Of a stretch of 26,383 nucleotides of DNA, positions 6,887-16,099 are shown piece by piece (within the stretch, counting starts at the first letter, position 1; every line of letters starts with the position of its first letter). The translations under genes were made by a program, and so were the position numbers. The stretch comes from a virus (lineage: Duplodnaviria; Caudoviricetes), in the IMG/VR virus record IMGVR_UViG_3300037755_001295, positions 1-26,383 of that record. One strand, 5' to 3'. The notes below the pieces were generated by a model. The model searched no databases, was not told the origin of the DNA, and worked only from the letters and a program-made list of their open reading frames with translations.

Positions 6887-7912
6887 TCACCTCGTGGGTG
6901 TGACCGGCGCGGTCCACAGGACCCGCCAGGTCACGTACCCGGTGATGCCGTCGATGGTGAGGCCCTTGTTGGTCTGGAACCGGCGGACGATGGCTTCGGT
7001 GTCGGGCCCGTAGATCCCGTCGACGGCGATGCGCCACCCGCGGGCGCGCAGCCGGGCCTGGACGGCGCGCACGGCGGGACCGGTGGAACCGCGCCGCACG
7101 GTGCCAGCGAAGGGCGGGACGGCGAGGATGGGGCGCTGGGCGGCCAACCAGGCGAGCAGGCGGGCGGTGGCCTCGTGGGTGGCGGGCCCGACGATCCCGT
7201 CGGGCTCGACGCCGAGCTGGCGTTGGAAGGCCCGGGTGGCTGTCTCGGTGTCGGGCCCGAAACTGCCGTCGACGGCGATGCGGTGGCCGGCACCGGCCAG
7301 GATGCGTTGCCATCCGGCGACCTGGGGGCCGGTCGTCCCGCGGCGTAGCACGGTGCGGCCACCGGCGACCGGGCCCGGCGCCGGGGTCGGGCCGGTGGGG
7401 GCGGCGTCGGCGACGAGGGCGAGGAAGTGGTCCTCGGGGAAGTGGTAGCCGGTGTCCCAGTGCGTGCTGCGGTTGAACGCCTCGGAGACGTAGCGGTGGA
7501 TGGTGATGCCGCGGTCGCCGCGGCGGAGCCCACCAGGGGCGACGAAGCGGCGGGGGATGTCGTAGGTGTCGCAGTCGACGCGGACCTGGGCGGCGACGCG
7601 GGCCAGCATGCGCCGGCTGTAGGGGTCGAGCCATTCGGCGCTGCTCTGGCGGGCGTAGCCGGCCATCTCGTGGCCGATGCCGTTGTGGTTGGCCCCGGGG
7701 GCGTGCCAGGCGACGTCGCGGTCAGGGACGCAGCGGACCGAGGAGTTGTCGTCGTGGCACCAGTGCGCAGACGCCCGGGGTGCGGTGGCGCCGGCGAACC
7801 AGCCAGCGATGTTCTCGGCGGTGGCGGGCTTCTCGGGGGCCTCCATGCTGTGGAGCACGACGAGGTCGATCTGGCGGCCGTTGGTGGGCGTGTAGTTGCG
7901 GGCCTGGATCAC
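6887..7912 (-). CDS. Endolysin: Amidase_2 N-acetylmuramoyl-L-alanine amidase + two PG_binding_1 domains
   Basis: VVLHSME, SAHW, AWHAPGAN..GIGHE, TIHR, HWDTG; repeats LRRGTTGPQV...VDGSFGPDTE...FQ...DGIVGPAT; GGAGGTG RBS. Confidence 0.93.
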   Translation of the reverse strand: MIQARNYTPTNGRQIDLVVLHSMEAPEKPATAENIAGWFAGATAPRASAHWCHDDNSSVRCVPDRDVAWHAPGANHNGIGHEMAGYARQSSAEWLDPYSRRMLARVAAQVRVDCDTYDIPRRFVAPGGLRRGDRGITIHRYVSEAFNRSTHWDTGYHFPEDHFLALVADAAPTGPTPAPGPVAGGRTVLRRGTTGPQVAGWQRILAGAGHRIAVDGSFGPDTETATRAFQRQLGVEPDGIVGPATHEATARLLAWLAAQRPILAVPPFAGTVRRGSTGPAVRAVQARLRARGWRIAVDGIYGPDTEAIVRRFQTNKGLTIDGITGYVTWRVLWTAPVTPTR

Positions 7913-7948
7913 AGGTCACCTCCGAGACGAAGCGGTTGGGGACGCGAA

Positions 7949-7974
7949 GCAGCCGCCCGAGCAGGGGCAGCTGC
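7949..7974 (-). terminator. Hairpin upstream of endolysin (possible attenuator)
   Basis: Minus strand GCAGCTGCCC-CTGCTC-GGGCGGCTGC, 10-bp stem with one G-U; weak U tail. Confidence 0.45.
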
Positions 7975-7989
7975 GATCGGACGAGGGGG

Positions 7990-8748
7990 TCAGGTGTTGA
8001 GGCGCTGGAGGATCCACTGGGCCTGGGCTTGGGCGTGGATCGCGGGGTAGGCGAGGGCGGGGTCGTGGGCGACCTCGCCGAGGGGCACGGCGCGCACGCC
8101 GGTCGCCGCGGTGTAGGCGGTGATGTCGGCGGGGACGACGACGGGGTCGTTGGTGCTGTGCCAGATCCGGACCCGGCCCGCGATCGCGGCGATGGCCGCC
8201 GCGTTGGCTGTGGCGCTGGGGTCGCGGTTGGCCTTGTCGGCTTCCCAGTTGCTGCCGCTGCCGTAGGCGGCGTCGATGAACGCGCCGATCCCTGAGGGGT
8301 CGCGGTCGTGGAGAGCGTCGGCGGCCACGACCGGGAGCCGCAGCCCGGCGGCTTTGACGTTGGCGGGCGCGCGCCACGTGTAGCCGAGGGCGTTCATGGC
8401 GCCCATCGAGTCGCCCAGGAGCGCCATGCGGGTGATGTCGGCGTCCCAGGCGGCAGCGGCGTAGGCGCGGACCTCGGCGATGCGGCCGGTGGTGGGGTGC
8501 ACGACGGTGTCGAGTCCCCAGGTGTTGCCCCCGCCGAGGTCGGTGGCGATGACGACGCAGCCCGCGGCGGCGAGGACGTCGAGGTCGCGGCGGACCGCGG
8601 GTGGGCTGTAGCCCGCGGCGGTGCCGGTGAGGCCGGGGCACACGACGACCAGGGGCCCGCCGCCGCTGTAGCCGAGGGGGGTGATCACGAGGTCGCCTTC
8701 GCCGGTGTGGTAGCGGCCCACGCCGTAGGAGCGTTGTGTGCCCGTCAC
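7990..8748 (-). CDS. Alpha/beta-hydrolase (esterase-like)
   Basis: Nucleophile elbow GDSMG, candidate Asp in STNDPVV and His in GEVAHDP; GTGA-coupled to the upstream fibre-like gene. Confidence 0.85.
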   Translation of the reverse strand: MTGTQRSYGVGRYHTGEGDLVITPLGYSGGGPLVVVCPGLTGTAAGYSPPAVRRDLDVLAAAGCVVIATDLGGGNTWGLDTVVHPTTGRIAEVRAYAAAAWDADITRMALLGDSMGAMNALGYTWRAPANVKAAGLRLPVVAADALHDRDPSGIGAFIDAAYGSGSNWEADKANRDPSATANAAAIAAIAGRVRIWHSTNDPVVVPADITAYTAATGVRAVPLGEVAHDPALAYPAIHAQAQAQWILQRLNT

Positions 8749-9494
8749 GCGTAGAACGCCCGCAGGTAGGCCTTCTGGGTGGCGCCGGCGTCGACGACGA
8801 TGTTGCCGGTGGTGAAGCTGAAGACGTAGAGCTGGTAGTCGCCGGGGGTGTGGGGGTCCAGCAGGAGCTCGGGCTTGGGGGTGGCGAGCGTTGCGATGGC
8901 GCCGAGCGGCGCGAACGCGGTGTCGAGCTGGCCGCCGAGCACGGCGCCGGGCGGTGCGATCATGAGCGCGGAGTTGGCGTTGGCGACGCTGTGGCGGATC
9001 GGGCCGCCGCCGCGCAGGATGACGGGCTGGGCGACGTCGGGGACGGTGACCGTCGTGTTGGGCACGGCGGTGATGACCAGGACGTTGACCGCGAGGTTCC
9101 CGGTCGGCGCGGTGATCTGCGCCGAGTCGATCAGGTTGGCCGGCGCGGGTTCGGGCAGCGGGTCGATCGGGTCGGCGAGGATGTCTTCCTCGCGGAACGG
9201 ACCGGCGCCGACGGGGACGATCAGCGGGTCGGTCGTTCCCGCGACGCCGTCGCGTAGGAACGTGCGGGCCCAGCGGGTACCGGCCGGTTCGAGGCTCGTG
9301 TTGGCGGGGAGGGCGATGGTGTAGATGCCGGCAGCGGAGACCGCGGCGTCGATGGGCCCTATGTAGGTCCGGTCGTTGGCGGGGTCGAACGCCCGGGCCA
9401 GGGCCCTGCCCGTGGCGTCGACGAGCCCGAAGCGCACCGCGCCGGCGAACCCGGTGGTGTCGGGTCGTAGGAGAGTGCCGGTGACGGTGCCCAT
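8745..9494 (-). CDS. Minor tail/fibre protein (BppU-like N-terminal anchor + C-terminal beta-sandwich)
   Basis: N-terminal TVTGTLLRPD...G.YTIALPAN..LEPAGTRW pattern typical of actinophage fibre anchors; Pro linker; beta-rich C-terminus; position. Confidence 0.6.
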   Translation of the reverse strand: MGTVTGTLLRPDTTGFAGAVRFGLVDATGRALARAFDPANDRTYIGPIDAAVSAAGIYTIALPANTSLEPAGTRWARTFLRDGVAGTTDPLIVPVGAGPFREEDILADPIDPLPEPAPANLIDSAQITAPTGNLAVNVLVITAVPNTTVTVPDVAQPVILRGGGPIRHSVANANSALMIAPPGAVLGGQLDTAFAPLGAIATLATPKPELLLDPHTPGDYQLYVFSFTTGNIVVDAGATQKAYLRAFYA

Positions 9495-9501
9495 CGCCTG
9501 G

Positions 9502-9831
9502 TCAGCTCCGCACCGCGGCGACGGTCACGGTTGTGACCGCGGAGTAGGTGGCGTGCGCCCGGCCGAGCGTGTCGGCCCAGGGCCTGGACGGGTTGAACAG
9601 GATTTCGCGGGTCGTGCCCGCCGCGACGGCGACCACGAGGTTCGCCGGTGTCAGGCCGGGTTCGGCCGGGAGCTGCGACGCGATGGTGACGTTGATCGAC
9701 GAGCCGCTGCCGTTGACGACCCGGAGGCTGGTCTTGGTGTCGATCGGCAACTCGTCGCCGCCGACGGCAGCGGCGACGGGGACCACGAGGGTGCCGGCTT
9801 GGGCCAGCTGTTGGACGGTGAGGACGGCCAT
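9502..9831 (-). CDS. Small beta-rich virion protein (decoration-like)
   Basis: AAAVGGD...LRVVNGSGSSINVTI...VAVAAG...TYSAVTTVTVAAV; GGGAGG RBS. Confidence 0.6.
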   Translation of the reverse strand: MAVLTVQQLAQAGTLVVPVAAAVGGDELPIDTKTSLRVVNGSGSSINVTIASQLPAEPGLTPANLVVAVAAGTTREILFNPSRPWADTLGRAHATYSAVTTVTVAAVRS

Positions 9832-9940
9832 CGGGGTTTGCCTCCCTGGGCAGTGGGGTTAGGGGCGCGGAGGAGCGCATCGCCCGGTGTGATGGCGCGC
9901 CGGTGCACACCATCGATCCGGCCGATGGGCCTGCAGAGGG

Positions 9941-10450
9941 TTAGGTGGGGGCGAGGAGGATGAGGCCGAGGCGGGCGGTGACGTTGAGGTTGGCGCCCTG
10001 GTCGTGGCGGGCTTCGACCTGGAGGGTCTCGCCTGCGGGGACGCTGATGACGCCGGCGCCCGAGACGCCCGGGGCGGGGGTGGTGCTCGGCGGAGCTCCG
10101 TCGCGGATGGGTTCGGCGACGCTCGAGGGCAGGACCCGGGCCCACCGCAGCGTCCCGGTGGCCCCCGAGGCCCACACGGCGCCCATGGTCACCAGGTAGA
10201 TGCCGGCGTCGTTGAGGGTGACGACCCCGGCGGTGACGGAGTAGTCGATGTCGGCGTTGGCGAGGGCCTCAGTGACGACGACGGTGGTGGAGGCACCGAG
10301 CCCGGTCGGCACCGAGGTGGTCCCGGCGAACGCGAAGGCGCCGCGGGTGCGTTCCCAGAGGTGGGTGAGGTTGTCGACGGTCTCGGCGTTGAACTGCGAG
10401 CTGGAGGCGTCGCCGGCGGAGACGTGGTTGGGCGGGGTCCAGATCGTCAC
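9941..10450 (-). CDS. Minor tail protein with C1q/TNF-like head (receptor-binding candidate)
   Basis: N-terminal WTPP...AG...FN...DNL anchor; AGIYLV and VPAGETLQV beta-sandwich motifs; GGAAGGG RBS. Confidence 0.65.
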   Translation of the reverse strand: MTIWTPPNHVSAGDASSSQFNAETVDNLTHLWERTRGAFAFAGTTSVPTGLGASTTVVVTEALANADIDYSVTAGVVTLNDAGIYLVTMGAVWASGATGTLRWARVLPSSVAEPIRDGAPPSTTPAPGVSGAGVISVPAGETLQVEARHDQGANLNVTARLGLILLAPT

Positions 10451-10460
10451 GTGCCCTTCC

Positions 10461-13070
10461 TCAGGTGTCGGGGTCCCAGACCGATTCGTCCCACCCGCGG
10501 CCCGGGCTGTCCCAGGCGAAGGTGGGCAGGATCACGTGCTCGACGACCCCGAGCGCCGTGGTGAGGACCTCGGCCTGGTAGTCGAAGGTGTGCTCGATCC
10601 GCTCGATCAGGGAGCGCTGGTCGATCTGTTGGCCCGGACCCGGTGGGGCGGCGTGGATCTGGGCGGCGTCGGCGACCTCGAGGGCGAGGATGGAGGCGAC
10701 ATCGACGTCGTCGCTGCGCCCGGCGATCTGGAGGCCGGTGATGACGGTGCGGGGTGCCTGGTTGCGACTGATGAGCCTGGCGCCGATCGATCGCAGCTGG
10801 TAGGCGCTCGCCGCGACGGTGTCGATGGCACCGCCGGTGGAGATCGGCCCGAACGCCTCGATCGACTTCGCGTTGTCGACCCGGACCGGGTGCTCGAGCC
10901 CGGCCGCGGTGGCTTCGACGATGTTGACGACCCGGTCAAGGGAGTGGTCGACGTCGAGGTCGCTGTAGGGCACGAGGTCGGGGTCGAGGGGATCGACGGC
11001 GCCGGCCAGCGCGATGACCGGGGGAGGGTTGTTGGCGACGCGGGGCCGGAACGTGGCCCGCCCGGACGGGCCCACGAACAGGGCGCCTTGCTCGGTGGCC
11101 ACGACGCGGCGCAGGTACTCGAGGTCGTTCTGGCCTTTCCAGTCGGCGGGCCCGCAGACCTCGGTGCCGGGGTGGATGTCGCGGTCGGCGGGGTCGACGC
11201 CGATGATGTCGAGGACCCGGTCGATGCGGGCCCCGGTGAGCTCACCGGCCCGCGGTGTGAGCCCGGCATCGAAGAGGGCACCGGCCTGGAAGTAGAGGTT
11301 GGTGACGTCGTGGAGCGTCAGGGTGTGCCACCACGCGATGTGGGCGCAGAGAGCGGCGCCGGCGAAGTTGTCGACGCCGACGGGGACCAGGCCGTGGAGG
11401 CCCAGCGACAGGGTCGAGCCGAACGTCGAGTCCCAGGTCTCCGCCGAGAAGCCGCCCGGGCCCTCGATGACCCCGTCGACGATGAGGGTGACGCCCAGGT
11501 CGCCGCCGGGGAAGGTGTTGTCGACGACCACCCGGACGTGGTGGGTGTTGCCGTCGACGATCGTGGCGTGTGTCTCGAAGGGCCCGACGGTGATCGTGGC
11601 GGTCTGGGCGGGATCGAACCACTCGAAGTAGAGGCGGCCGTGCTCGAGGGGGTCGTCGGACCAGCGCACCGACAAGTGCATCTGCTGGAGGCTGCCGTCG
11701 GTCGACTGGCGGAACATCACGCGCGCGTCGGTCCAGACGTTTCCGCCGAAGTCGAACGGGCGTGGTGGCCGGACCAGGCGCACCCACGCGTCGAGCGCGA
11801 AGGGCATCGGCCCCGCCGTGAAGGTGGGGACGGTGACCACACGGCCGCGTTTGCCGGGCTGCCAGACGGTGTCACCGGGGGGCTCGTTGCCGAAGAACTC
11901 GTTGCCCCGCCCGCCCTCGAACGGCAGCAGGGGATCGTTCGATTGGAGGTCGAACTCGTAGCGGCCGTCCTTGCCGGCGATCTGGTCGTAGGCGACGCGG
12001 CCGTGGTCCTCGTCGAGGCGCCACCAGTGGTCCGGCGCGGGCGGGGCGCCGGCGCCCGGGCCGACGGGCTGCTGGCCCAGGAGCGAGAGCTCGAACTCGG
12101 AGTGGGTGAGCTCGTCACCGGCGATCAGCGACAGGAGGTCACCGGCGCCGATCGTGACCCACCCGTCGCCGAGCTCCCATCCGGTGGGGAGCCGCTCGAT
12201 GAACCCCTCGAACACGTCGATGTCACCGCCGGCGACCTCGGCGACGGCCCGGATGCGGCGCCGCAACGCCACGTAGGGGGCGTACGGGGAGTCGGAGTTG
12301 TTGGGGTCGAGCGCCCGGGTGCGGTTGTCGACGACGAGCTCGGCCTCGGAGGCTTCGATCTCGGCGACCTTCATGCGGGCGCCACGGATCACGTGCAGAT
12401 GGCGGAGCGCCGCGGCCTCGGCCGCTTCGTCGGACTCGTCGACGCGCCACCACAGCTGCGCGCCCGGCAAGGCCCAGTGGTTGGCGCCGTCCTCGAGGAT
12501 CCCGAGGCGGTCCCAGTAGTGGGACTCACCGACCGCGACGCCCAGCACCACGAGCTCGATCGATGCGTGGGTGGTGTCGGCGGGAGCGATGCCGCTGGAG
12601 CGCAGTGTGATCCACTCGTCGGTCTGGTTGCTCGAGAACGGTGCTTGGTGGGAAGCGAGCAGCCCGGCGGGACCGAAGAAGAACACGACGATCGACACGA
12701 CCCGGGGGTCGGTCTCGGCTCGGGTGTCGCCGACCGCCGTGTAGAGGACACCGGGCCGGGCGGGTACGCCGGTCAGGACATGACCGCCGCCGAAGTCCAG
12801 GAGGGTGTCCTGGGCGGCCGGGTCGGAGAGCACCACCTGCATGGTCTCGGGCCCGGTCACAGACCGGGTGACCTTCATCGACCAGTCACCGTCGGAAGCG
12901 ACGTCGTCGGAGCGTTCGATGTCGTTGACGGCCGCCGCGCCGGGCCAGTCCCACCCGTCGATGCTGGTCTCCAGCGACGCCTGGTCGACGGTGATGAGGT
13001 TCGCCGCGGGCCGTGCCCTCGGCGGGGTGCGCCAGGCGACCTCGACCCGCATGCCGGGCATGTCGCCCAC
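10461..13070 (-). CDS. Large tail-tip/baseplate hub protein with inserted CBM-like and LamG-like domains (~869 aa)
   Basis: Follows tape measure; hub motifs LVVDNRTRALDPNNSDSPY, VFEGFI, RIDRVLD, TEQGALFV...G...FRPR; LamG-like HWWRLDE...FALDAWV...HHV...LIVDG. Start GTG 13070 or ATG 13061. Confidence 0.75.
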   Translation of the reverse strand: MGDMPGMRVEVAWRTPPRARPAANLITVDQASLETSIDGWDWPGAAAVNDIERSDDVASDGDWSMKVTRSVTGPETMQVVLSDPAAQDTLLDFGGGHVLTGVPARPGVLYTAVGDTRAETDPRVVSIVVFFFGPAGLLASHQAPFSSNQTDEWITLRSSGIAPADTTHASIELVVLGVAVGESHYWDRLGILEDGANHWALPGAQLWWRVDESDEAAEAAALRHLHVIRGARMKVAEIEASEAELVVDNRTRALDPNNSDSPYAPYVALRRRIRAVAEVAGGDIDVFEGFIERLPTGWELGDGWVTIGAGDLLSLIAGDELTHSEFELSLLGQQPVGPGAGAPPAPDHWWRLDEDHGRVAYDQIAGKDGRYEFDLQSNDPLLPFEGGRGNEFFGNEPPGDTVWQPGKRGRVVTVPTFTAGPMPFALDAWVRLVRPPRPFDFGGNVWTDARVMFRQSTDGSLQQMHLSVRWSDDPLEHGRLYFEWFDPAQTATITVGPFETHATIVDGNTHHVRVVVDNTFPGGDLGVTLIVDGVIEGPGGFSAETWDSTFGSTLSLGLHGLVPVGVDNFAGAALCAHIAWWHTLTLHDVTNLYFQAGALFDAGLTPRAGELTGARIDRVLDIIGVDPADRDIHPGTEVCGPADWKGQNDLEYLRRVVATEQGALFVGPSGRATFRPRVANNPPPVIALAGAVDPLDPDLVPYSDLDVDHSLDRVVNIVEATAAGLEHPVRVDNAKSIEAFGPISTGGAIDTVAASAYQLRSIGARLISRNQAPRTVITGLQIAGRSDDVDVASILALEVADAAQIHAAPPGPGQQIDQRSLIERIEHTFDYQAEVLTTALGVVEHVILPTFAWDSPGRGWDESVWDPDT

Positions 13071-13072
13071 GG

Positions 13073-15343
13073 TCAGCTGACCCCCGCGAAGCCACGCCGG
13101 CCGCCGCCCCGGCCGCCCCGGCCCCGGCCGTTGCGCCGGTCCTTGTCGTCTTGGTGGTCGACCACGACCTCGGCCAGGACCCGCCCGTCGACGACGAGCT
13201 GCACCACCTCGGTGCCACCGCCACCGAGCAGCCGGCCGATGCCCCGGCCGCCGCCGCCGCCCAACGGTGTGACCGACGCCCCCGAAGGGAGGGCGAGCAG
13301 CTCGGGCCCCAGCTCGCTCGTCAGCGCCAGGCCGCCCCGGGTGACGTTGCCGCCAGCCCACAGGGTGGGGAGGTTGGGGGTGCGGAACGTGAAGGACGGG
13401 ACGCTGACCGACGGGCCGAAGCGGCCGAGCGGGTCGTAGGTCCCGCCGCCGATCGTGAACTCCAGGTCGTTCCAAAATCCGATGACCCGGTTGACCGCGG
13501 TCTTGAAGGTGTCGGCGACGAAGTCCCACATCCCGCGACCGGCACGAGCGATCCGCCCCGGCAGCCCGGTGAAGAAATCGACGACTGCGTTGAACTTGGC
13601 GACGAGCCAGTCCTTGGCCCCCGTCGCCTTGTCGCGGATCCATTGGAGCGCCGCGGCGCCCTTGGCCTTGATCGTGTCCCAGTTCCGGACGATGGCCAGG
13701 ACGGCCAGGCCGATCGGGCCCGTGAGGATCGCGAGGACCAGCGGCCAGTTGCGCTTGAGCCAGTCGAACGCCGCGGCGAACGCCGCCGTCACCTTGTCCC
13801 AGTTCAAGACGATCAGCGCCACCAGGGCGATCACCGCGGCGCCGACGAGGGCGATCGGGCCGAGCGAGATGAGCCACGCCAGCGCCACCTTCGCCGCGTT
13901 GAGGAGGGCCTGGACGCCGAGGAAGATCCAGCGGGCCACCTGCAGGGCGACCTGCGCGGCCACCTTGGCGCCGGTGCGCACGGCCGAGGCGGCCATCATC
14001 ACCCCGGAGCGCACGACGTTGAACCCGGCCTTGAGCGACGCGACCGAGAGGGTGCCGAACCCGCGGGCCGCCTTCGCGAGAGGACTACCGAGCTTGCCGA
14101 GTGGCCCGCCGAGGCTCTTGAGGCTGACGGCGGCCATGCCGAGCTCGCCGGCCATGCCGCCCCCGGCCATCCCGGCGCCGAGCAGGCCCTTGCCCAGCTG
14201 AGAGAGGGGCCCGGGCGCGCCCTCGATGGCGGGGATGACCTTGTCGTTCATGAGGTCGACGACGCCCATCTCGACGGTGCGTTGCCAGGCGGTGATGTCG
14301 GTCTGGGCGTTGTCGCTGAGGGTGTCGCCCATCTCGTCCGCCGCGCCGGCGACGTCGCCCAGGCCGCTCTCGGCCCCGCGGAGCTGGGTCAGGAACTGGG
14401 GGATCTGCGTGACGGAGAGGTCCTCGAGCGGTGTGCCGAACAGGGCGATGGCAGCGTTCGATCGCTCGACGGGGTCCTCGATGCCCAGGAGTCCGTCGAT
14501 CAGATCGTTCAGCGCCCCACGAGCGTCGGCACCGCCGGCGACGAACCGGGCGGCCATGTCGTCGGCCTCAAGGCCAACGGCCTTGTAGGCGTCGACAGAG
14601 GTGGTCGACATGTCGGTCGCACGGATTGCCAGCTCTTTGATGGCGTCGACCTGCTTGTCGATGGCGAAGGCCCCGTTCTGGGAGGCGGCGACCATGAGCC
14701 CGAAGGCGTCCTCGCCGGTGATGCCCATGGCAGAGAGGTGCACCGCGTACTCCTCGACCATGGGGATCAGCTCTTGGCGCATGCCGGCGGGCATGCGTTG
14801 CATCGAGGCGGTGATGAGGTCGAAGGCGTGGTCGGCGTCGCGGGCGAGGCCGGTGTTGACGGCGATCCCGGCGATCTTCGAGCTGTCGGCGACCTCGACA
14901 CCGAAGGCGTCAGCGAGGTTGAGGGCCTTCGCCGTGGTCCGCTCGAGGGCGTCCTCGGCGGGGCCGAGGCTGTCGGCGAGCGATGACTGCACCGAGTCGA
15001 GCGCGGCGTTGACCTGCTCGAGGCTGTCGCCGTAGGCCTGGGAGTAGAGGTTCCCGGCGGCCTCGCCGAAGGCCTCGGACTGCTCGGCGGTCAACCCGAG
15101 CTGGGCGGCGAGCTTGTCGTTCCCAGCCTCGATCGACGCGTTCTTGACCCACGCCACCGAGAGGGCGGTCGCCGCCGCGCCGCCGGCGACCGCGGCGCCC
15201 GCGGCGAACTTGCGGGCCATCGACGCGGCCATCTCCCGGGTCGAGGAGTCGACCTTGCCGCGGGCTTGGGACAGGTCCTTGTCGAGCTTGTCGAGCGTGG
15301 CCCGCACCGGGACGAGGGCGTTGCCGAGGACGTCGGTCGACAT
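13073..15343 (-). CDS. Tape measure protein (756 aa)
   Basis: Long Ala/Gly-rich helical ORF, DAIKELAIR core, hydrophobic mid-section, periodic Trp, C-terminal GGNV..GGLAL..ELGPEL; follows the chaperones. Confidence 0.95.
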   Translation of the reverse strand: MSTDVLGNALVPVRATLDKLDKDLSQARGKVDSSTREMAASMARKFAAGAAVAGGAAATALSVAWVKNASIEAGNDKLAAQLGLTAEQSEAFGEAAGNLYSQAYGDSLEQVNAALDSVQSSLADSLGPAEDALERTTAKALNLADAFGVEVADSSKIAGIAVNTGLARDADHAFDLITASMQRMPAGMRQELIPMVEEYAVHLSAMGITGEDAFGLMVAASQNGAFAIDKQVDAIKELAIRATDMSTTSVDAYKAVGLEADDMAARFVAGGADARGALNDLIDGLLGIEDPVERSNAAIALFGTPLEDLSVTQIPQFLTQLRGAESGLGDVAGAADEMGDTLSDNAQTDITAWQRTVEMGVVDLMNDKVIPAIEGAPGPLSQLGKGLLGAGMAGGGMAGELGMAAVSLKSLGGPLGKLGSPLAKAARGFGTLSVASLKAGFNVVRSGVMMAASAVRTGAKVAAQVALQVARWIFLGVQALLNAAKVALAWLISLGPIALVGAAVIALVALIVLNWDKVTAAFAAAFDWLKRNWPLVLAILTGPIGLAVLAIVRNWDTIKAKGAAALQWIRDKATGAKDWLVAKFNAVVDFFTGLPGRIARAGRGMWDFVADTFKTAVNRVIGFWNDLEFTIGGGTYDPLGRFGPSVSVPSFTFRTPNLPTLWAGGNVTRGGLALTSELGPELLALPSGASVTPLGGGGGRGIGRLLGGGGTEVVQLVVDGRVLAEVVVDHQDDKDRRNGRGRGGRGGGRRGFAGVS

Positions 15344-15365
15344 GGCTCACCCTTCCGATCGGGGG

Positions 15366-15712
15366 TCAGTCGCGGGCGTAGGGGTCCGTCGGCGAGACCT
15401 TGATCCCGCGGGTCAGCAGCGCCAGGCGTTCGGCCCGTTCGGGTGTGACCTGGTCGGGGGCGGTGATCGTGGGGCGGCTCTTGCGCTTGTTGCGGCGCCG
15501 CAGGAACCGCGACAGCCGCGGGATCCTCTTGGCCCGGCCGAGCGCCGCGGTGTACCACGCTGCTTGGAGGCCCCGGTCGATGTCGTCCTGGCGGCGGGCG
15601 ACGTCAGCGCGGATGATCGCGGTGATCTCGCCGGGGGTGCAGCGCCAGAACTCGACGGGGGAGACCCCGGCGGCGACGGCGGCTACGAACCGCCGGCGTC
15701 GCCGCTCGTAGG
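15366..15712 (-). CDS. Tail assembly chaperone, T segment (probably reached by -1 frameshift; 5' coordinate approximate)
   Basis: GVSPVEFWRCTPGEI motif; lies in the -1 frame overlapping the G gene end; no strong independent start seen. Confidence 0.75.
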
Positions 15713-16099
15713 GTCCAGGTCCTCGACGTCGTCGTCCTCGCCGTCGTCGTCGCTGGCGGGTTCCATCCCGAGGGCCTTGCACGCGGTGAGGGCGTTGATG
15801 ACGACGGGGAGCACGCCGACGAGCCCGCCGCACGCCCGGATGACTTTCATCGCCCGTTCGGGGCTGAGCGCCTTGGTTGCACCGGAGCGGGAGCGGTGGG
15901 CGTTCATCCCGGCCCACACGAGCACCTGCAGCTGCCCGAGCCCGGCGCGCCCGCGGAGCATCCGCTCGAACAGCTCCAGCACCCCCATGTCGAGGGCTTG
16001 TTCGACGGCGAGGACGGCCTCCTCGGTGAAGACGATCCGGGTCTCGTTGCCGGCGCCGTCGCGCAGGACCGCCTCCCCGGTGTGGGGGTTGACGACCAT
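15683..16099 (-). CDS. Tail assembly chaperone G (GTA-gp10-like)
   Basis: VNPHTGEAVL...FTEEAVLAVEQAL...LVWAGM; acidic tail ending DPT; TGATG overlap with tail tube. Confidence 0.8.
   Translation of the reverse strand: MVVNPHTGEAVLRDGAGNETRIVFTEEAVLAVEQALDMGVLELFERMLRGRAGLGQLQVLVWAGMNAHRSRSGATKALSPERAMKVIRACGGLVGVLPVVINALTACKALGMEPASDDDGEDDDVEDLDPTSGDAGGS

Noticed and set aside
9832-9860. GGCAAACC resembling a c-di-GMP-I riboswitch
   Set aside because: It abuts the start codon and overlaps the RBS; the second stem and other conserved elements are absent.
10248-14986. Very long + strand ORFs (1063 aa and 657 aa)
   Set aside because: Antisense shadows of the hub and tape measure genes; high GC suppresses stops, and the translations carry no motifs.
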